A stretch of DNA of 64,000 nt, from assembly GCA_963708135.1 (NCBI GenBank), contig OY970192.1, forward strand, positions 2,784,001-2,848,000, in the 5' to 3' direction. Positions 10,546 to 20,400 of the stretch are shown one piece after another. This stretch comes from an uncultured Gemmatimonadales bacterium (GTDB lineage Bacteria; Gemmatimonadota; Gemmatimonadetes; Longimicrobiales; RSA9). Under the pieces are notes generated by a model that did not search any database, was not told where the DNA came from, and saw only the letters and a program-made list of their open reading frames with translations. Each line of letters starts with the position of its first letter. The first letter of the stretch is position 1. The position numbers and the translations under genes were made by a program.

Positions 10546-10749
10546 CTACGCTCCAGTCCCCGGCCAGTCGTTCTCCGGTGCCAGGCCGCACCGGAACGGC
10601 ATTTCGGAGAGGGTGCCGATCACGTGGTGCAGAGCGGCGACCCACTCGTCGGCGACGCTGGTCGGCCACACGTTGGCGCGCAGGTACGCGTGGGTCTCGA
10701 CGATGTTCGCCCTCGCCTCGTTCTCGATGACGACCTCGTAGTTCTGCAA
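10546..10749 (-). pseudogene. RelE/ParE-family toxin, C-terminally truncated
   Basis: YEVVIENEARANI..YL..ADEWVAAL..IGTLSEMPFRCGLAPE; only 67 aa, lacks the C-terminal strands. Confidence 0.75.
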
Positions 10750-11044
10750 CTACTCGACCGGCTCGCCGACTCCGAGCTGCGCGAAGCGAAGCGAACGCCT
10801 CGTCCAGCGGCTGGCCACGCCCTTGGCGCATGGAGTCGAGGCCGCGGTGGATGCCGAGAAGCGCCTCCGCGCGGTCAAGGCGGTCGAGGAGGCCCTGGTA
10901 CGCCTTGGCGTCCTGAACGGCCAGCTCCGGGACGCCATGGACCGTCAACACCTCGGGAAGGCCGGTCTCCTTCAGCCGCTCCGCGAAGACCTTGGCGTTG
11001 CGCTGGAAGTCGGTGAGCGAGTGGATCTCGTGGGTCTTCATCAT
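10750..11044 (-). pseudogene. Phd/YefM antitoxin with a frameshift near the 3' end
   Basis: IHSLTDFQRNAK..PEVLTVHG..LAVQDAKAYQ; restoring 2 nt in CGCGC at ~10780 gives ..ASLRAQLGVGEPVE* abutting the toxin start. Confidence 0.8.
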
Positions 11045-11091
11045 GCTCCAAGGGGTTCGGCCCCGGCACGAAGCACCGGCTCCACGAAGAC

Positions 11092-11571
11092 CTCCATCAC
11101 CCCGTGTAGGAGGGCCGGCGCGCACCGCGCCAGCCGGCCCTCCCCTGGTGTTGATTCCCCCAACCTACCGCGGCGGTTCCATCGTGTACAGCCGCCGCTC
11201 CTTCGCGAGCGCGAACATGAGGCGCGTCGCCTTCCGCGCGATCGCGACCAGCACCTTCTTCTTCGGCGTGTTCGGGTTCCTCTGGAGCGCCCGCTCGTAG
11301 TCCGCCCGCGTGCTTCCTCTTGCCTGCGTCGACTCCGGCGACGGCGACGCCGCGCTGGGCCCGGCGGCGCTTCTCGAAACGGCTCATGGTCTCGCTCCTG
11401 TTGAAGGCCCAGAGCCGTACCGAGGGCCGCACCGATGGCGGAATCGCGCTCTATGGGGCCCTGAGCGGCTCCTGCCGGGACTGAGGCCGAACCCGGAAGC
11501 GTATCACCGCCGGGATCGAGCGCGGAATCCGGCTGGATAGAAGGCGGTCGAGCGCACCTGAGGCGATGGAG
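11092..11571 (-). mobile_element. Internally deleted (non-autonomous) IS110-family element
   Basis: ATG 11387 with AGGAG RBS encodes an IS110-like N-terminus (VAGVDAGKRKH), joined out of frame at ~11308 to an IS110-like C-terminus (YERALQRNPNTPKKKVLVAIARKATRLMFALAKERRLY, stop 11165); inverted repeats CTCCATCACC (11092) / GGCGATGGAG (11562). Confidence 0.75.
11400..11560 (-). ncRNA. Candidate IS110 bridge-RNA-like structured RNA
   Basis: Non-coding left end upstream of the transposase remnant; nested stems with internal loops by eye (GGCCC/GGGCC, AGAGC/GCTCT, CCGC/GCGG; GCCGGAT/ATCCCGGC); the assignment is positional inference. Confidence 0.35.
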
Positions 11572-11769
11572 CTGCGGGGGGTATGCTGAAGGGTTTGGGT
11601 GTTCGGGACGGGGTCAGGACGGGTGACTGAGACGCTCGCGGCGTGCGCGGGTCCGACCGGTAACCTCGGGCGCGCGGGCCGAGCGTGTCCCGGCGCGGCG
11701 GATCTCGGTTCGCGCCGGGATCGTCGCCGCGCACGGGGACGGGAGGGACGCGGCGAGGCCGGCCGCGGT

Positions 11770-11797
11770 CCCCCACTCCCCCACTCCCCCACTCTCG
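11770..11797. repeat. 8-mer tandem repeat (CCCCCACT)x3; related copies at 19293-19322, 23116-23133, 23272-23299
   Basis: Directly visible; all copies intergenic. Confidence 0.7.
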
Positions 11798-11860
11798 TCA
11801 TCCCGCCGCCGCGCTGCGGAGGCGGCCCGCGCCGGCCGCGAACCGCGACGCTGACGCTAC

Positions 11861-13714
11861 CTACAGATCGCCCGCGGACACCTGGACGCTCGACGCGGGG
11901 CTCTCCGCCCCGGCGTCCGGGTCCTCGCCCGGGTTGATGAAGCGGTTGCGCTCGAGGCGGTACTGCTTGTCGTAGAGGCGGCGGTAGAGGCCGCCGCGCT
12001 CGAGCAGCTCGTCGTGGCTGCCGCTCTCCACGATGCGGCCGTCGTCCATGACCAGGATCTGGTCGGCGCTCATGATGGTGGAGAGGCGGTGCGCGATGAC
12101 GAAGGTCGTGCGCCCCTGGCGCAGCCGGCGCAGCCCGTCCTGGATGAGCGACTCGCTCTCGCTGTCGAGCGAGGAGGTGGCCTCGTCGAGGATCAGGAGG
12201 CGGGGATTGGCGAGCACCGCCCGCGCGATGGCCACGCGCTGCCGCTGGCCGCCGGAAAGCCGCACGCCTCGCTCGCCGACCACGGTGTCGTAGCCCTTCT
12301 CGAAGCGCTCGATGAACTCGTCGCAGTGGGCGAGGCGGCTGGCGGCGCGGATCTCCGCGTGGCTGGCGCCGGGGCTCGCGAAGGCGATGTTCTCGCCCAC
12401 GGTCCCGTCGAAGAGGAAGTTGTCCTGCATGACCACGCCGAGGTGCCGGCGGAAGTCGGCCATGCGCAGCTCGGCCAGGTCGCCGCCATCGACCAGGACC
12501 CGCCCGCGCAGCGGGTGGTTGAACGCCATGACCAGGCTGATGAGCGTGCTCTTGCCGGAGCCGCTCGGGCCCACGAGCGCGGTGGTCGTGCCGGCGGGCG
12601 CGTGGAAGGAGACGTCGCGGAGCACGGGCACGCCCGGGTCGTACTCGAAGGTGACGCGGTCGAAGGCGACGTCGCCCTGCAGGTCCTCGAGCGCGAGCCG
12701 GCCGCGGTCCTCGTCGCCTTCCGTCTTCATGTCCCGGAGCTCGCGGATGCGGTCGAGGCCCGCGAACGCGTCCGTGATCTGGGTGCCGATCGAGGAGATC
12801 TGCACCAGCGGCGCGACCATGAGCCCCTCGAAGAAGACGTAGCGCACGAGGTCGCCGAGGGTCATGGTCCCGCCCAGCACGGCGCGGCCGCCCACGATGA
12901 TGAGCACCACGCCGTTGATCCCCACGATCACGGTCGAGATCGCGGACACCGCGGAGGTGCCGGTGATCGTGCGCGCGACGTTGCGGAAGAGGCGGTGCAC
13001 GCCGTGCGCGAAGACGCGGTCCTCGCGCCGCTCCGCCACGTACGCCTTGAGCACGCGGATCCCGCCCAGCGCCTGCGAGAGCCGCCCCGTCACCTCGGCG
13101 TTGATCTGCCCGCGCTCGCGGAACATCGGCCGCAGCCGCTTGAACGTGTAGGAGGTGATCACCGCGAAGATGCCGAGCAGCACCAGCGTGAAAGCGGTCA
13201 GCTTCCAGTTGAGCCAGAAGAGCACGCCCATGGCGATGACGGCCGTGACCACGCCGCCGGTCAGCTGCACGAGGCCGGTGCCCACCAGGTTCCGGATCCC
13301 CTCCGCGTCCGTCATGATCCGGGAGATCAGGATGCCGGTCTGCGTCTTGTCGAAGTAGCGGATGGGCAGCCGCAGCACGTGCGCCTCCACGCGCTTGCGC
13401 ATGTTGGCGATCGCCCGCTGCCCCGCCACGCTCACCACCTGCGAGAGCACGAAGCCCGTGAGCCCCTGCACGACCGTGGCGCCGCCCACGATGAGCGCGA
13501 CCGGCACCAGCATGTCCGCGCGGCTCTTGCCGATGATCGTGTCGATCACGTAGCCCGAGCTGTAGGGCAGCACCAGCCCCGACAGCCGGTTCACCACCAT
13601 GACGAGGAGCCCCAGCACCATCGAGCGCCGGTGCTCGTAGATCAGCTCGCGCGCCTCCGGCCAGGCCCGCCTGTAGTCGACCTTCTTCTTCCCGTTCCGC
13701 TTCTCGTCCGCCAT
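11861..13714 (-). CDS. ABC exporter, fused permease/ATPase (MsbA/MdlB-like)
   Basis: N-terminal TM domain; Walker A GPSGSGKS, LSGGQRQ, ILDEATSSLD. Confidence 0.95.
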   Translation of the reverse strand: MADEKRNGKKKVDYRRAWPEARELIYEHRRSMVLGLLVMVVNRLSGLVLPYSSGYVIDTIIGKSRADMLVPVALIVGGATVVQGLTGFVLSQVVSVAGQRAIANMRKRVEAHVLRLPIRYFDKTQTGILISRIMTDAEGIRNLVGTGLVQLTGGVVTAVIAMGVLFWLNWKLTAFTLVLLGIFAVITSYTFKRLRPMFRERGQINAEVTGRLSQALGGIRVLKAYVAERREDRVFAHGVHRLFRNVARTITGTSAVSAISTVIVGINGVVLIIVGGRAVLGGTMTLGDLVRYVFFEGLMVAPLVQISSIGTQITDAFAGLDRIRELRDMKTEGDEDRGRLALEDLQGDVAFDRVTFEYDPGVPVLRDVSFHAPAGTTTALVGPSGSGKSTLISLVMAFNHPLRGRVLVDGGDLAELRMADFRRHLGVVMQDNFLFDGTVGENIAFASPGASHAEIRAASRLAHCDEFIERFEKGYDTVVGERGVRLSGGQRQRVAIARAVLANPRLLILDEATSSLDSESESLIQDGLRRLRQGRTTFVIAHRLSTIMSADQILVMDDGRIVESGSHDELLERGGLYRRLYDKQYRLERNRFINPGEDPDAGAESPASSVQVSAGDL

Positions 13715-13788
13715 GCGCCCGGCCGGTTGCTGGTTGGGGGGGTGGAACCCGCCTGTCTACCCCCGCCGGCGCGCGCGGGTCCTGGGAA

Positions 13789-14562
13789 TCAGCTCTCCCG
13801 GTGCACGACGAACACGTTCCGCTGCGCCGTTGGCAGGACGACGACGTCCGCGATGTTGACGTGCGGCGGCCGGGCCGCCACGAAGACCACGATGTCGGCG
13901 ATGTCGTCGCCGGTGAGCGTCTCCAGGCCCTTGTAGACGGACCGGGCGCGCTCCTCGTCGCCGTGGAAGCGCACGACGCTGAAGTCCGTTTCCACCAGCC
14001 CCGGGGACACGCTGCTGACGCGCACGGGGGTGCCCGCCAGGTCGAGGCTCATTCCCTCCGTCAGGGCGCGCACGGCGTACTTGGTGGCGGCGTAGACGTT
14101 GCCGCGGGGGTAGGTCATGTGCCCCGCCGTGCTGCCGATATTGATCACGTGGCCGCGGCCCGCTTCGACCATGTGCGGCAGCACGGCGCGCGTGACGTTG
14201 AGGAGCCCCTTCACGTTCGTGTCGATCATGCGGTCCCAGTCCTCGGGGTCGCCCTCGTGGAGCAGGTCGAAGCCGGCGGCGAGCCCGGCGTTGTTCAGGA
14301 GCACGTCGGGCACGCCGGCCTCCGCGACGAGGCGCTCCACGGCGCCGGCGACCTGCTCGCGGTCGCGGACATCGACGCGGGCGAGGAACACGCTGGCGCG
14401 ATCGTCGCCTACCACATCCGCGGCCAGCGCCTCGAGGCGGTCCAGCCGGCGGGCCCAGAGCGCGAGTCGCGCGCCCTCCGCGGCGAAGTGCCGCGCGCAC
14501 GCCATGCCGATGCCCGAGCTGGCGCCCGTGATCAGGATGAGCTTCCCTTCGATCCTGTTCAT
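13789..14562 (-). CDS. SDR oxidoreductase (YdfG-like)
   Basis: TGASSGIG, NNAG, YAATK motifs. Confidence 0.93.
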   Translation of the reverse strand: MNRIEGKLILITGASSGIGMACARHFAAEGARLALWARRLDRLEALAADVVGDDRASVFLARVDVRDREQVAGAVERLVAEAGVPDVLLNNAGLAAGFDLLHEGDPEDWDRMIDTNVKGLLNVTRAVLPHMVEAGRGHVINIGSTAGHMTYPRGNVYAATKYAVRALTEGMSLDLAGTPVRVSSVSPGLVETDFSVVRFHGDEERARSVYKGLETLTGDDIADIVVFVAARPPHVNIADVVVLPTAQRNVFVVHRES

Positions 14563-14627
14563 GTCGAGATTCCCCGGGCGGACGTCCGCCCGTTCCGGTG
14601 GATGCGTGGGGGTCGAACGGAGACAGC

Positions 14628-15677
14628 ATGAGCGCCAGAACCCGACATCGCAAGCTCCCGCGGCCGCGCCTGCGAGTCGTGGTCCTCCTCGCCGTCGTGG
14701 CCGTCGGCATCATCCTGCTCGGCGGCGCGCTCGACACGCTGCTCCAGGCGCGGATCGGGGAGGCGGAGTTCCCGCCCGGCGGGCTGTTCCTGCGCCTGGA
14801 CGGCACGAGCATCCACTACATCGACCGCGGCGCCGGCCGGCCCGTGGTCATGCTGCACGGCAACCCCGGCTTCCTCACGGACTTCTCCGCGCTCGTCCCG
14901 CGCCTGGAGGAGGATGCGCGCGTGGTGGCCCTCGACCGGCCCGGCCACGGCTACAGCGCGCGGCCGCACGCCTACATGAGCCTCGCCGCGCAGGCCGCGC
15001 TGCTGCACGACTTCCTCCGCCGCATCCACGCGCGCCGCCCCGTCCTCGTCGGCCACTCCTGGGGCGCCATCCTCGCCCTGGTCTACGCGCTCCGCTATCC
15101 AGGCGACGTTTCCGCCCTCGTGCTGCTCGCGCCCGCGGCCTACCCCTACCCGGAGACCCCCTGGTTCCGGCTGCTGCGCAGGCCCGTGGTCGGCACGGTG
15201 CTCCGCGACGCCGTCTTCCTGCCGCTCACCCGCCACCTGGCCGGCGCCGCCGCCGCACGCGCCTACGCGCCGAACCCGGTGCCGGGGCGCGCCGAGCGCC
15301 TGGCCTCCACGCTCGCGCTCCGCCCCAGCGATGTGCTCGCAACCGCCGAGGACGACGCCGCGGCCTCGCGGGAGCTCGGCCGCTACGTCCCGCGCTACGC
15401 CAGCATTCGCGTCCCCGTCGTGATCGCCCAGGGTGACGGCGACCTGGTGGTGGACGACGCGGAGCGGCTGCACGACGCCATCCCCGGCTCCGTGCTCATG
15501 CGGCTCCCCGAGACCGGGCACGAGATCCCGGAGGCGCGGCCGGACGTGGCGGCCACGGCCGTCGAAAAGGCGTGGCGGATGCGCTCAGCTCCGCCGGCGA
15601 TTGCGGGCGGCCAGGACCCACGGCGCCCCCGGGCCAGGCGGGCTTGTGCTGTTTGCGCGATTGTGTATTATACGTGC
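14628..15677 (+). CDS. Alpha/beta hydrolase with N-terminal TM; no own stop, reads in frame into the antitoxin (stop 15938)
   Basis: LHGNPG, DRPGHG, GHSWG nucleophile elbow, GHE. Confidence 0.85.
15644..15671 (+). promoter_or_regulatory. Putative sigma70 promoter for a leaderless antitoxin mRNA
   Basis: TTGTGC-16nt-TATTAT, ATG 6 nt downstream; AT-rich patch. Confidence 0.5.
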
Positions 15678-15938
15678 ATGGAGCACCGCCTGTCGGCTAC
15701 CGACCTCGCCCGCAACGCCGGCGACATCCTCGGCCGCATCCGCTACCGCGGGGAGTCCTTCGTGATCGAGCGCAACGGAGAGCCCGTCGCGCGCATCGGG
15801 CCGCTGGGGACGCGGCCCGCCGCGCTCGCCTCCCTGGCGCGGGCGTGGGCGGAGGCGACGGCGGATTCCTTGTTCGCGGCGGACCTGGAGCGCGTCGCGG
15901 CGGAGGACCGGGCGGCCGAGCGCGCGTGGGACTCCTGA
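15678..15938 (+). CDS. Phd/YefM-family antitoxin (VapB)
   Basis: [33 protein letters not shown]. Confidence 0.85.
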   Translation: MEHRLSATDLARNAGDILGRIRYRGESFVIERNGEPVARIGPLGTRPAALASLARAWAEATADSLFAADLERVAAEDRAAERAWDS

Positions 15939-16339
15939 TCGACACGAGCGCCCTGGTGGCGCTCGAGCGCGCCGGGGGCCGGTGGGAGGAGGCGCTCGGG
16001 GACCTGGCGGACGAGCCCGTCGCGATTCCGGCGGTCGTCCACGCCGAGCTGCTGGCCGGCGTCGAGCTGGCCGACACGCCCGTGCGGGCGGCGGCGCGGC
16101 GGGCAAAGGTGGAGGCGATCGCCAACCTGGCGCCCGTCGTTGAATTCGGCGCCGAGGCGGCGCAGCGGTGGGCCGCGGCGTTCGCGCACCTGCACCGCGC
16201 GGGCGGAATGATCCGCGCCAACGATCTGGCGGTGGCGGCCACCGCGCTGCACCTCGGCTTCGGCGTGCTGGTCGGCCCGGCGGACGAGCACCACTTCCGG
16301 CGGATCCCCGATCTGCGGGTCGAGGTTCTGCGCGCCTGA
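15926..16339 (+). CDS. vapC: PIN-domain toxin VapC
   Basis: [29 protein letters not shown]; overlaps the antitoxin end. Confidence 0.88.
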   Translation: MGLLIDTSALVALERAGGRWEEALGDLADEPVAIPAVVHAELLAGVELADTPVRAAARRAKVEAIANLAPVVEFGAEAAQRWAAAFAHLHRAGGMIRANDLAVAATALHLGFGVLVGPADEHHFRRIPDLRVEVLRA

Positions 16340-16384
16340 GTCCTCGGCCGCCTTGCTGCCGTCCCCCACGCCGCACCCGGCGAG

Positions 16385-16784
16385 CTACAGGGCCACCCGG
16401 CTCACGCCGGCCACGGCATCGAAGCCGGTATCGAAGGTGAGGATCCGGCCCACCTCGCGGCGGCGCATGATGGCCACGTGGAGGGCGTCGCGGGCGGAGA
16501 GGTCGGGGAGCCCATCAAGGATCTTCTTGGCCTGCTCGACGTCCTCCCGCTCGACCGGGAACACCTCGTCGGCAACGCCGAGCAGCGCGTCCATGGCGGG
16601 CTGGATCGCGTCGCGCCTCCGGATGGCGGTGTAGCGGTGCAGGATCTCTTGCAGGACCTCGGCGCTCGTCACGAGCCGCTCGCCCGCGCCGATCGCACGC
16701 TCGAGCGAGATGACGCGCCGCCGCCTTGTGCGGGTGCGGCGCGCCCACCAGGTATATCGGGATGTTGGAGTCAACGAAGACCAT
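16385..16784 (-). pseudogene. vapC: PIN-domain toxin VapC, +1 frameshift ~16707
   Basis: MVFVDSNIPIYLVG..HKAAARHL|LERAI..TSAEVLQEILHRY..RDALHVAIM..LTFDTGFD. Confidence 0.85.
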
Positions 16785-16789
16785 CGCCC

Positions 16790-17044
16790 TCAGGACCCGC
16801 CGTCCATGTAGCCCCGCTCGACCTCCTTCAGCATCTGATCAATGTCCGCCGTCGGAAACCGATGCGCCTCCGCCGCACGCACGGCCGCCAGCTTCCGCCC
16901 CGCCTCCACCGACGGCTCCTCCCGCCGCGCGCGCCGGAGCGACTGCCGCACCCACTCCGATACGGTGAGGCGATGCCGCCGCGCCACCCGCTCGATCTCG
17001 CGGTACTCCTTGTCGTCCAGAACCACCTGCAGCCGCTTACTCAT
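16790..17044 (-). CDS. Ribbon-helix-helix antitoxin
   Basis: [30 protein letters not shown]; directly upstream of vapC. Confidence 0.85.
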   Translation of the reverse strand: MSKRLQVVLDDKEYREIERVARRHRLTVSEWVRQSLRRARREEPSVEAGRKLAAVRAAEAHRFPTADIDQMLKEVERGYMDGGS

Positions 17045-17050
17045 GTCAGT

Positions 17051-17079
17051 AGTATGATCGATGTAGCACCCGCAGTCAA
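17051..17079 (-). promoter_or_regulatory. Sigma70 promoter, leaderless TA transcript
   Basis: TTGACT-17nt-CATACT, ATG 6 nt downstream, no SD. Confidence 0.7.
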
Positions 17080-17093
17080 TCCCGCATCCCGCG

Positions 17094-17765
17094 CTACGCG
17101 ATCTTCTCCACCCGCCTCGCCCATCTGAGCCAGGGATAGCCGCGGATGCGCTCGAGCAGCGCGTCGGAGACCGGGGCATCGGCCTCGATGGTCATGAGGG
17201 CATCCTGGTGGCGGCCGGTCCGATCCACGCGCATGGTGGCGAGGTTGATGCCGGCGTCGGAGAAGGCGCCGGTGATGGCGGCGATGGTGCCGGGCTGGTC
17301 GTGGGCGAGGAGGACGAGGGTGTTGTAGTCGCCGCCGAGGGCGACGGGGAAGCCGTCGACCTCGGTGACCTGGATGCGGCCACCGCCGACGGAGGCGCCA
17401 CGCAGGGCGGCTGACTCGCCGCCGCGCTCGAGCTCGAAGAGCGCTGTGTTGGGGTGGGCCTCGGCGCCGAGGTCGATGCTCTCGAAGCGCCAGTCGAGGC
17501 CGGCGTCCTTCGCCTCGTCGTAGGCGTTGCGGAGCCGGAGGTCGTCGGGCGGGAGGCCGATGAGGCCGCCCACGATCGCGCGGTGCGTGCCGTGCCCCTC
17601 GCCGGTGGCGGCGAAGGAGCCGTGCAGGCGGATGATGGCGCGCTCGGGCGTGCCGCCGAGGATGGCGCGGGCCATGAGCCCGAGCCGGCAGGCGCCGGCG
17701 GTGTGGGAGGAGGACGGCCCGACCATGACGGGCCCGAGGATGTCGAAGAGGTTGACCATGCTCAT
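17094..17765 (-). CDS. sdaAB: L-serine dehydratase beta subunit (with ACT domain)
   Basis: [34 protein letters not shown]. Confidence 0.93.
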   Translation of the reverse strand: MSMVNLFDILGPVMVGPSSSHTAGACRLGLMARAILGGTPERAIIRLHGSFAATGEGHGTHRAIVGGLIGLPPDDLRLRNAYDEAKDAGLDWRFESIDLGAEAHPNTALFELERGGESAALRGASVGGGRIQVTEVDGFPVALGGDYNTLVLLAHDQPGTIAAITGAFSDAGINLATMRVDRTGRHQDALMTIEADAPVSDALLERIRGYPWLRWARRVEKIA

Positions 17766-18646
17766 CCGCTGATCCCGGTCGGCTGCCGGGCGGGCTGGAT
17801 CTGGACCAGCTTTCGGGCGGCGGGTGTGGCGGCGAGGCCGCCCTGTGCGGTCTCGCGGTAGGCGACGGGCATCTTGCGGCCGACCTCGCCCATGACGTCG
17901 ATGACCTGGTCGGCGGGGACGGGGAAGTCGAGGCCGGCGAGGGCCATCTCGGCGGCGGCGATCGCCTGCATCGCGGCGGAGGCGTTGCGGTAGATGCAGG
18001 GGATCTCGACGAGGCCGCCGATCGGGTCGCAGATGAGGCCGAGCATGCCCTGGAGCGAGAGGGCGACGGCGGTCGAGACCTGGGCGTCGTCGCCTCCGGC
18101 GAGCCAGCAGACGGCGGCGGCGCCCATGGCGGCGGCGGACCCGGTCTCCGCCTGGCAGCCGCCCTGCGCGCCGGCCAGGGAGGCGCGGTGGGCGATGACG
18201 CCGCCCACGCCTCCGGCGACGAGCATGGCGTCCACGAGGCGCTCATCGTCCTCGCCCAGCACCTCGCCGACGGTGGCGAGGATGGCGGGGAGCACCCCCG
18301 CGGCGCCGGCGGTGGGCGCGGCCACGATGAGGCCCATGGCCGCGTTCACCTCGAGGGTTGCAATGGCGCGGGCGAGGGTGATGGTGACGCGCTCGCCGAG
18401 GAGGCGGGGGCCGTTCTCGAAGAGCCGCTTCGCGCGCCCGCCGGTGAGGCCGGAGGGGGAGCGGACATCGCCGACGAGGCCCTCATCGATGGCGGCGCGC
18501 ATGACCTGGAGGGTGCGGCGCACGCGCTCGCGGATGGCGTCGGCGTCCTGGCCGCTCTCGCGCACCTCCTCCGCCAGGACGACCTCGGGGAGAGAGCGGC
18601 CGCTCGCCCTGGCCTCGCCCAGCAGTGCCTCCATCGACGTATGCAT
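17762..18646 (-). CDS. sdaAA: L-serine dehydratase alpha subunit (Fe-S)
   Basis: AAPTAGAAG, GGCQAE, GLICDPIGGLVEIPC, RETAQGGLA. Confidence 0.93.
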   Translation of the reverse strand: MHTSMEALLGEARASGRSLPEVVLAEEVRESGQDADAIRERVRRTLQVMRAAIDEGLVGDVRSPSGLTGGRAKRLFENGPRLLGERVTITLARAIATLEVNAAMGLIVAAPTAGAAGVLPAILATVGEVLGEDDERLVDAMLVAGGVGGVIAHRASLAGAQGGCQAETGSAAAMGAAAVCWLAGGDDAQVSTAVALSLQGMLGLICDPIGGLVEIPCIYRNASAAMQAIAAAEMALAGLDFPVPADQVIDVMGEVGRKMPVAYRETAQGGLAATPAARKLVQIQPARQPTGISG

Positions 18647-18665
18647 TCCGGACCTTCCGCGCCCC

Positions 18666-19136
18666 TCAGGCGCCTTCGATCGTGACCGTTTCCATGACCA
18701 CCGGCTCGATGGGACGGTCGTTGGGGCCCGTGGCCACCTGGCCGATCGCCCGCACGACCTGCATGCCGTCCGCCACCTTGCCGAAAACCGCGTGCCGTCC
18801 GTCCAGCCACGGCGTCGCCGCGAGGGTGATGAAGAACTGTGAGCCGCCGGTGTCGGGCCCCGCGTTCGCCATCGACAGCACGCCCTCGGAGTCGTGGCGC
18901 AGCTCGGGGTGGAACTCGTCGGGGATGTTGTAGCCCGGCCCGCCGGTGCCGGTCCCCTTCGGGTCGCCGCCCTGGATCATGAAGCCGGAGATCACACGGT
19001 GGAAGGTGAGCCCGTCGTAGAATCCCTTGCCCGCGAGCTCGACGAAGTTTCCCGTCGTGCGGGGCGCGCGGGCCTCGAAGAGCTCGACCGAGAAGTCGCC
19101 CGCGCTGGTGTGGAATTTCGCCGTCCGGTTGGCCAT
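18666..19136 (-). CDS. Cyclophilin-type peptidyl-prolyl isomerase
   Basis: [42 protein letters not shown]. Confidence 0.95.
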   Translation of the reverse strand: MANRTAKFHTSAGDFSVELFEARAPRTTGNFVELAGKGFYDGLTFHRVISGFMIQGGDPKGTGTGGPGYNIPDEFHPELRHDSEGVLSMANAGPDTGGSQFFITLAATPWLDGRHAVFGKVADGMQVVRAIGQVATGPNDRPIEPVVMETVTIEGA

Positions 19137-19389
19137 GTCGCTCCTCTCGTGCGCGACGGCCGCCCCGCCCGATCCGGCTCGGAAGGGGGTTGCGGCGCCG
19201 CGGTCACAAAGCGCGCCCGCGGCTGCCGCACGGACGCTTGTGGTCGGATGACGAGAATGCTAGGGGGCCGCGTGGCGGACGTCAAACGGCAGGAGTGGGA
19301 GAGGGGGAGAGTGGGAGACGGGCAACTTTCCGGGCGCCGCGGAGCGCCGGGCGGGGAGCGCCGCGCGGGGTGCGCGGCGGCGGGGCGCC

Positions 19390-19770
19390 TCAGCCGGTCG
19401 TCCCGGCCTCCGGCTCCGCCGGCTCCTGGGCAACGGCGTGGATCCGCGGCCGCGACGCGCCGGCGCAGAGGGAGGTGGCCGGCGAGACCACCGCCCTGTC
19501 GAGCACCCGGTTGCGCGGGCACGGCGGCGCCGGGATCTTCGCCGCGGCGGGCGGCTCGGCCGGCGCCGGCGCGGCCGGGGCGGGCGTCCAGCGCATGGCG
19601 GCGGGCGCGGTCTGGAGGGTGGCGGGCACAGCCCGCGCGGCGGCGCGGGCCGGGCCGTGCGCGCGCAGCCCATCGACCGCCAGGCCGACGACGAGCGCCG
19701 TGAGCATCGCGAGCCGGGTGAGCGCCTGCGCGTTGTGCAGGACCATCGAGGAAACCTCATCTCTCGTCAT
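19390..19770 (-). CDS. Hypothetical single-TM Pro/Ala-rich protein
   Basis: AAGGAGG RBS; hydrophobic TRLAMLTALVVGLAV; paralog at 20143-20400. Confidence 0.55.
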   Translation of the reverse strand: MTRDEVSSMVLHNAQALTRLAMLTALVVGLAVDGLRAHGPARAAARAVPATLQTAPAAMRWTPAPAAPAPAEPPAAAKIPAPPCPRNRVLDRAVVSPATSLCAGASRPRIHAVAQEPAEPEAGTTG

Positions 19771-20142
19771 CTCGCCGCCTCCTTCACATGCCGTCGGCGC
19801 CGACACAGGGCGCCGCCGTCCATCCGTCCATTCCAGTTCCATGCCCGGGAGCGCGTTTTCCACAACGTCAATATTCCCTTGTGGTTACGGCACTCGCTCC
19901 CGATCGGTCGCCCCATCCGGTCCTGCCCGATCCCGGACGCCCGATTCCGGAACCGAACGCCCGCCGCTCCACCCCCGTCACTGCCTTGGATGAGCGCGGG
20001 CGACGGAACGTTGCATCGGGCGCCGCCCGCCGCCGCCCGGCCCCCGCGGCATCGACCTTCGCAGCGGGCCCGAAAAGCGGAGCCGGCGCGGAGCCCGGGG
20101 GCCCCACGCCGGCTCGTCCTGGCGCTTCCGTTCCGGGGCGGC

Positions 20143-20400
20143 TCAGCGCCCCGACGGCTCCGGCGCGGGGTGCGGATCGGCGCGCAGCACGGCGTGCTGC
20201 GACGTCGTGCGCGGGCGCGTGCTCGAAACCGTCTCGACGCTGGTGTCCGCCCCGGCGTGCGCCTGCGCCCCCGCCGCGGGGCGGTGGGACAGCGCCGCGC
20301 TGACGCCGAGCCCGACCACGAGCGCGGCGAGCAGCCCGAGTCGGGTCGCGGTCGCGGCCCTGCTGGCCACCGGGTGTGCCATCGTGCTCGTCCGAGTCAT
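20143..20400 (-). CDS. Hypothetical single-TM small protein
   Basis: TRLGLLAALVVGLGV matches the neighbour; GAGGGG RBS. Confidence 0.5.
   Translation of the reverse strand: MTRTSTMAHPVASRAATATRLGLLAALVVGLGVSAALSHRPAAGAQAHAGADTSVETVSSTRPRTTSQHAVLRADPHPAPEPSGR

Noticed and set aside
17094..18646. sdaAA-before-sdaAB gene order
   Set aside because: A minor order variation; both genes look ordinary and intact.
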